Source: a virus (taxonomy: Duplodnaviria; Caudoviricetes). Taken from it: DNA of 29,085 bases. Position numbers and translations under genes: made by a program. The notes beneath the pieces were generated by a model. The model did no database searches. It was not told the DNA's origin and saw nothing but the letters and a program-made list of their open reading frames with translations. Where the stretch lies: the IMG/VR virus record IMGVR_UViG_3300046001_005431, positions 1 through 29,085 of that record; one strand, written 5' to 3'. Positions 27,801-29,085 of this stretch are shown here, piece by piece. How positions within the stretch are numbered: position 1 is the first letter of the stretch; every line of letters begins with the position of its first letter.

Positions 27801-28675
27801 TTCAATTACCTAAACACATTGATGTTAGTGTTTCATTCGTACCTGTTGGTGTTTACCGACCAGAGTTCCGTGGTGTCATGTACAGTCTATACGACGATAC
27901 AACAACCGGAACCAATGTTGAGACGGGACTTATTCCACACAACTCACCAAATCGTGTCAACTACTTTGTTGAGTATGAGGACAAGGGAACTCCGGTTATT
28001 TACACAGGATATGACAATGGTAAACCATATGCGGCAAAACCAATACAAACTATCACGGTTTCTCCTGACCCGAGTGACCCTGAACCAGATCCTCAAAAGT
28101 CGAATGGAACGCAAACAAGTGGTTCCGCCACAGAAAAACCAAACGCGGCAACACCAACGAGTAATTTTGTAAATCCAAGTGCCTTACCAAAGACGCAGGC
28201 AACTGCACTTGAACAAATGATGAGTGGTTCATACACACCGATACCGGGTGTACCAATCGTTCGGGCCAACACGGCAAGAGAAAACTTGACGGGTGTTGCA
28301 CTACTACAAGCTGGTCAAAATGGAAGTACAAGTTCGACTACAAGTAAAACACCTCCTGCAAATACGGATAAGAAGGATGGTAAGACGGATTCACCGATAC
28401 CACGTCCAAAAGACGGGGTTATCCCACCATCACCACTACCAACCGGTTTGACGACTTGGGTCGCTATAAGTAGTGAGGAAAACAAAGCATATGACGCGCT
28501 GTGGTCATCGAAAAAACCAAAGGATGCAACATTTAGAACACACCTCGAAGCACTCAGAAAAGCTGCATTGGAGGGTTACGAAGGAATTCCTGCTGGTAAA
28601 GCGGCAGCTGTTTACTATATGAGAAAGACATTCAACTTGAAAAAGAATCAAACTGCAAATGTTCCCGGTTACTAA
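21863..28675 (+). CDS. Giant (2270 aa) baseplate-region protein with internal repeats and a tail-tube-initiator-like (gp48/gp54-type) domain
   Basis: Position after tape measure; domain at about 27390-27850 (FRA...I.D.....W....YMGRADP.Y.YQGYEREVSFDF...PMVRL.IG....PG.ISSLSY) resembles tube-fold baseplate proteins. Confidence 0.68.
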   Translation: MALVDLQSDLSKFRSEVSREPKSTPEASKATSNKNFATFQPITEKLKSMQQQIARPDQTPIEDKLSSRRTQVEKFNTTPVETKLNSTRLDDIIKVAMEDMTLNSVSRLSNINKEFSLRNVNALSLDKVQSRFDDIRQEVFVSRLDKSNIIVTKTNVGTNNLNSPIDVVRVENDTTNNIVIPEIEITRPEQQIERGAQSPNLSPARTVIGGTEIRTESGNVTNPNIPITRPEQSTDRSGQSVVINKDLFSPLNNVIDPNLALQKSELLILVPEAQTPNIITETIKQGLVVDPNTKVFRVQNGEFHLAGDESFLNRDEKPVRFVTTSRLANIEPTQEPDTERYDLESVQTTDRSSLNVDTVIKTIPGGRHENTEGTSLAIVGTQQVNFFPDTNARGFVVRAQQGSTEYTGDSVFGWSGNSSAAPTTNFITDTNGVGFKKFASVGETDYNTESSKFGFSRPTGVDYFDVTKQYASDGFKTFVIQYETAYKQDASEFVWKGKSGQAPEVDYFDVTGQNSNGFHRFAQIYDSRYIPDSSIYDFDGVGQSAPAVNYFDVTGQYTNAGFQTFPQLYDTKYVSDASAFTWGGDRQSSPEVNYFDLNGTNTTIGFHRFAQLYDSKFVHESSTYDWDGNNQNAPEVNYFDVSATHTTTGFHRFPQSLDSKYVPDSSLFTFKGNPTESPEVNYFDLNGRNTTSGFHRFAQALDTKYVSDSSVFTFAGDKNNSPEVNYFDLNGTNTTTGFHRFAQQYDTKYIHQSSRFDWDGNKQEAPEVNYFDLNGQSTSTGFHRFAQLYDSKYIPNSSIYDWDGNKQSAPEVDQFDLIRSSTTKGFEKIAPSMVTRYVRDASRFVFDGSAQSAPETDYVDLTKKFATKGFEKFPQRMVTKYVKDGSEFTFKGANRSAPKTNFFTDTQGKGFTTFAQKLSSEYVKDISEYTFKGGLPTEINFFADTNGSGFVNKTPLLETKYVKDSSTFTFQGSTPTPVDFLGNTNGSGFDLKVALNETKYVEDSSQFTFKGDPKSANTANFFNDLSATGFTSFPQSLTSEYVGESLFGIPGNAKVNEDLKNGGVDITSKVESKLAQRDSTFGWTGTRQEAPEVNYLGITAENPESVEGFTRLFSTTETKLSQQFSRFSFAGSSNLAIPKNVPFTTFFGYTPSERTGFMVGMTGGESTLYPIIDPVLRFDEDSSRRFDIESARAQRRSIKTINQEKYAPLSLGKRPWSNGTLSATLENQVPDIVTGGIAGSYENKYERGVKDNTEQRGYLTKWAITRRSPSPLDAQYSKFNLRDDSFNYDFVWNQPFVLRGIQGGLEPERWGGIFRGVDDGVARAGIATMVDRVIFDSQRIGKFLTSIKGLAWNVRQVGLQFMNPVVDINPSNELSQIAGVSTTLTFNPLSVIANVATARVGFHIPRHGISTLDLLDSGRLNMYEKATVARELQLTAQGTAEGQFSQLEKPTTDNKTNYNRLIGLMKELLPNSFTPSITPSQTPTPTDQEGQQPTPPPSIPQDISGNSEIVRISSNFGGPSSFLGIGGTRIHRSTHPYLVHYTTAPDLRAQREPTYTPESRRDTFYAYSTTYGSYLKENGVGGLLKALSYLLPGGPKELNDVSQEAGSPNIQQEQNNIISGVNPYSPRHDTQFSRTERRTSINLGKTETLLANSVHPDNVDKDSLIKQYRTANYDKLRRNNRLNNKYFNDFRADVGVDFASGSQADDQGRAFVTNPNIARFGTRNLSERYGFGDQGRPGVRRDQPFISSVRYAKFDNPEIIQQNGNKEFRDYGVPIQKEGQYFRGDRINIIDYKRANFNINTGLAYELGNTTLAESGVNGTRDLIEFYFSSLVLQGHDNCPAEIIVFRATFGSITDNHKPSWNSVKYMGRADPLYVYQGYEREVSFDFTVHIGSRDEMRASWRKLNYLASWTAPEYRDNGFMRGPMVRLNIGHLYRKMPGYISSLSYTFDNQQTTWETAKLPEDMNLNDATIKALSSPGVLQLPKHIDVSVSFVPVGVYRPEFRGVMYSLYDDTTTGTNVETGLIPHNSPNRVNYFVEYEDKGTPVIYTGYDNGKPYAAKPIQTITVSPDPSDPEPDPQKSNGTQTSGSATEKPNAATPTSNFVNPSALPKTQATALEQMMSGSYTPIPGVPIVRANTARENLTGVALLQAGQNGSTSSTTSKTPPANTDKKDGKTDSPIPRPKDGVIPPSPLPTGLTTWVAISSEENKAYDALWSSKKPKDATFRTHLEALRKAALEGYEGIPAGKAAAVYYMRKTFNLKKNQTANVPGY
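23006..25260 (+). repeat. Array of about 17 degenerate 37-44 aa repeats (core period 132 bp)
   Basis: Consensus APEVNYFDLNG.NTT.GFHRFAQLYDSKY..DSS.F.WDG..QS; unit starts at 23495, 23627, 23759, 23891, 24023, 24155, 24287, 24419, 24551. Confidence 0.93.
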
Positions 28676-28693
28676 TAACGGAAGGATGTAATA

Positions 28694-29035
28694 ATGTCAT
28701 CACGATATGAAAATGCAAACATCGTAACTAATGCTAGGAAGATAAACACAGAAGGTTCTGTGTCATCTGTTCGAAGGTTAGAGACGACTATCTACCCCAC
28801 CTTCAGTACGCTTCACGCAGATGATACCTACATCCTTGCACAAGAGGGTGATAGGTTGGATAATCTTGCTAAAGAGTTTTACGGGGATGAATTATTCTGG
28901 CACGTAATCGCAAAGGCAAACGGAATTGGACACGGTTCTTTATTTGTCCCACCTGGTTTAGTAATTCGTATTCCTTATTTTGATGAGTATGCACCGATTT
29001 CTGCTATGATTTCAGAATTGAACAGTAGGAGGTAA
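28694..29035 (+). CDS. LysM-like baseplate wedge protein (gp53/P2 gpX-like)
   Basis: YI.AQEGDRLDNLAKEFYGDELFWHVIAKANGI......PG..IRIP LysM-type motif. Confidence 0.85.
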   Translation: MSSRYENANIVTNARKINTEGSVSSVRRLETTIYPTFSTLHADDTYILAQEGDRLDNLAKEFYGDELFWHVIAKANGIGHGSLFVPPGLVIRIPYFDEYAPISAMISELNSRR

Positions 29036-29036
29036 A

Positions 29037-29085
29037 ATGCCGGTTATAGGTGGAAAATATGTAAATCCATTTTATCAACAAGTTG
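29037..29085 (+). CDS. Start of next gene (3' truncated), probably baseplate-related
   Basis: AGGAGG RBS then ATG; open to window end (MPVIGGKYVNPFYQQV). Confidence 0.6.
   Translation, partial: MPVIGGKYVNPFYQQV

Larger units (their letters stand above)
1..29085 (+). mobile_element. Segment of a large T4-like myovirus genome (head, neck, tail and baseplate module)
   Basis: Protease, scaffold, gp23-like capsid, gp13/14/15-like, sheath, tube, tape measure and baseplate-like genes, all co-oriented; no host housekeeping context or integrase visible. Confidence 0.95.

Noticed and set aside
134-28331. Other short minus-strand and alternate-frame ORFs in the track
   Set aside because: All overlap well-supported + strand genes and have low-complexity or shadow composition.
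12416-29035. Bacterial contractile injection system or tailocin
   Set aside because: Sheath, tube and baseplate genes are linked to capsid, scaffold, protease and neck genes, indicating a complete phage.
1-29085. Alternative genetic code (stop-codon reassignment seen in some large phages)
   Set aside because: Long genes are intact in standard code and TAA, TGA and TAG all end genes at sensible boundaries.
1-29085. tRNA, rRNA, introns, inteins or homing endonucleases
   Set aside because: Intergenic gaps are short with no cloverleaf; no interrupted core genes or splice/endonuclease motifs seen by eye.

Overview
The whole window is the virion-morphogenesis (late) region of a large T4-like myovirus, most plausibly a 'huge' phage of the bS21-encoding type. 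All credible genes are on the + strand, tightly packed, in standard code. Order: prohead protease (5' truncated), modular DUF3008-led protein, ribosomal protein bS21, arginine-type ADP-ribosyltransferase, small ORF, scaffold, major capsid protein, hydrophobic unknown, TM+GAF protein, PhoH, neck/tail-terminator proteins, tail sheath, unknown, tail tube, unknown, tail/baseplate chaperone pair, small ORF, tape measure, a 2270-aa repeat-rich protein with a tube-initiator-like domain, a LysM/gp53-like protein and the start of the next gene. Most notable signals: (1) a set of non-core proteins, including the ART, carrying shared N-terminal L-L-x-E leaders and internal (L/I/V/M)-x-E sites, suggesting a protease-processed capsid cargo system; (2) bS21 sitting among late genes that consistently carry Shine-Dalgarno motifs; (3) a (C)ATATTTAT intergenic motif in nine intergenic gaps, twice built into hairpins; (4) a T7 run joining two chaperone ORFs in the +1/-2 frame; (5) a 44-aa (132-bp) repeat array. 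All family calls come from motif recognition by eye; no searches were run and the host is not determined.
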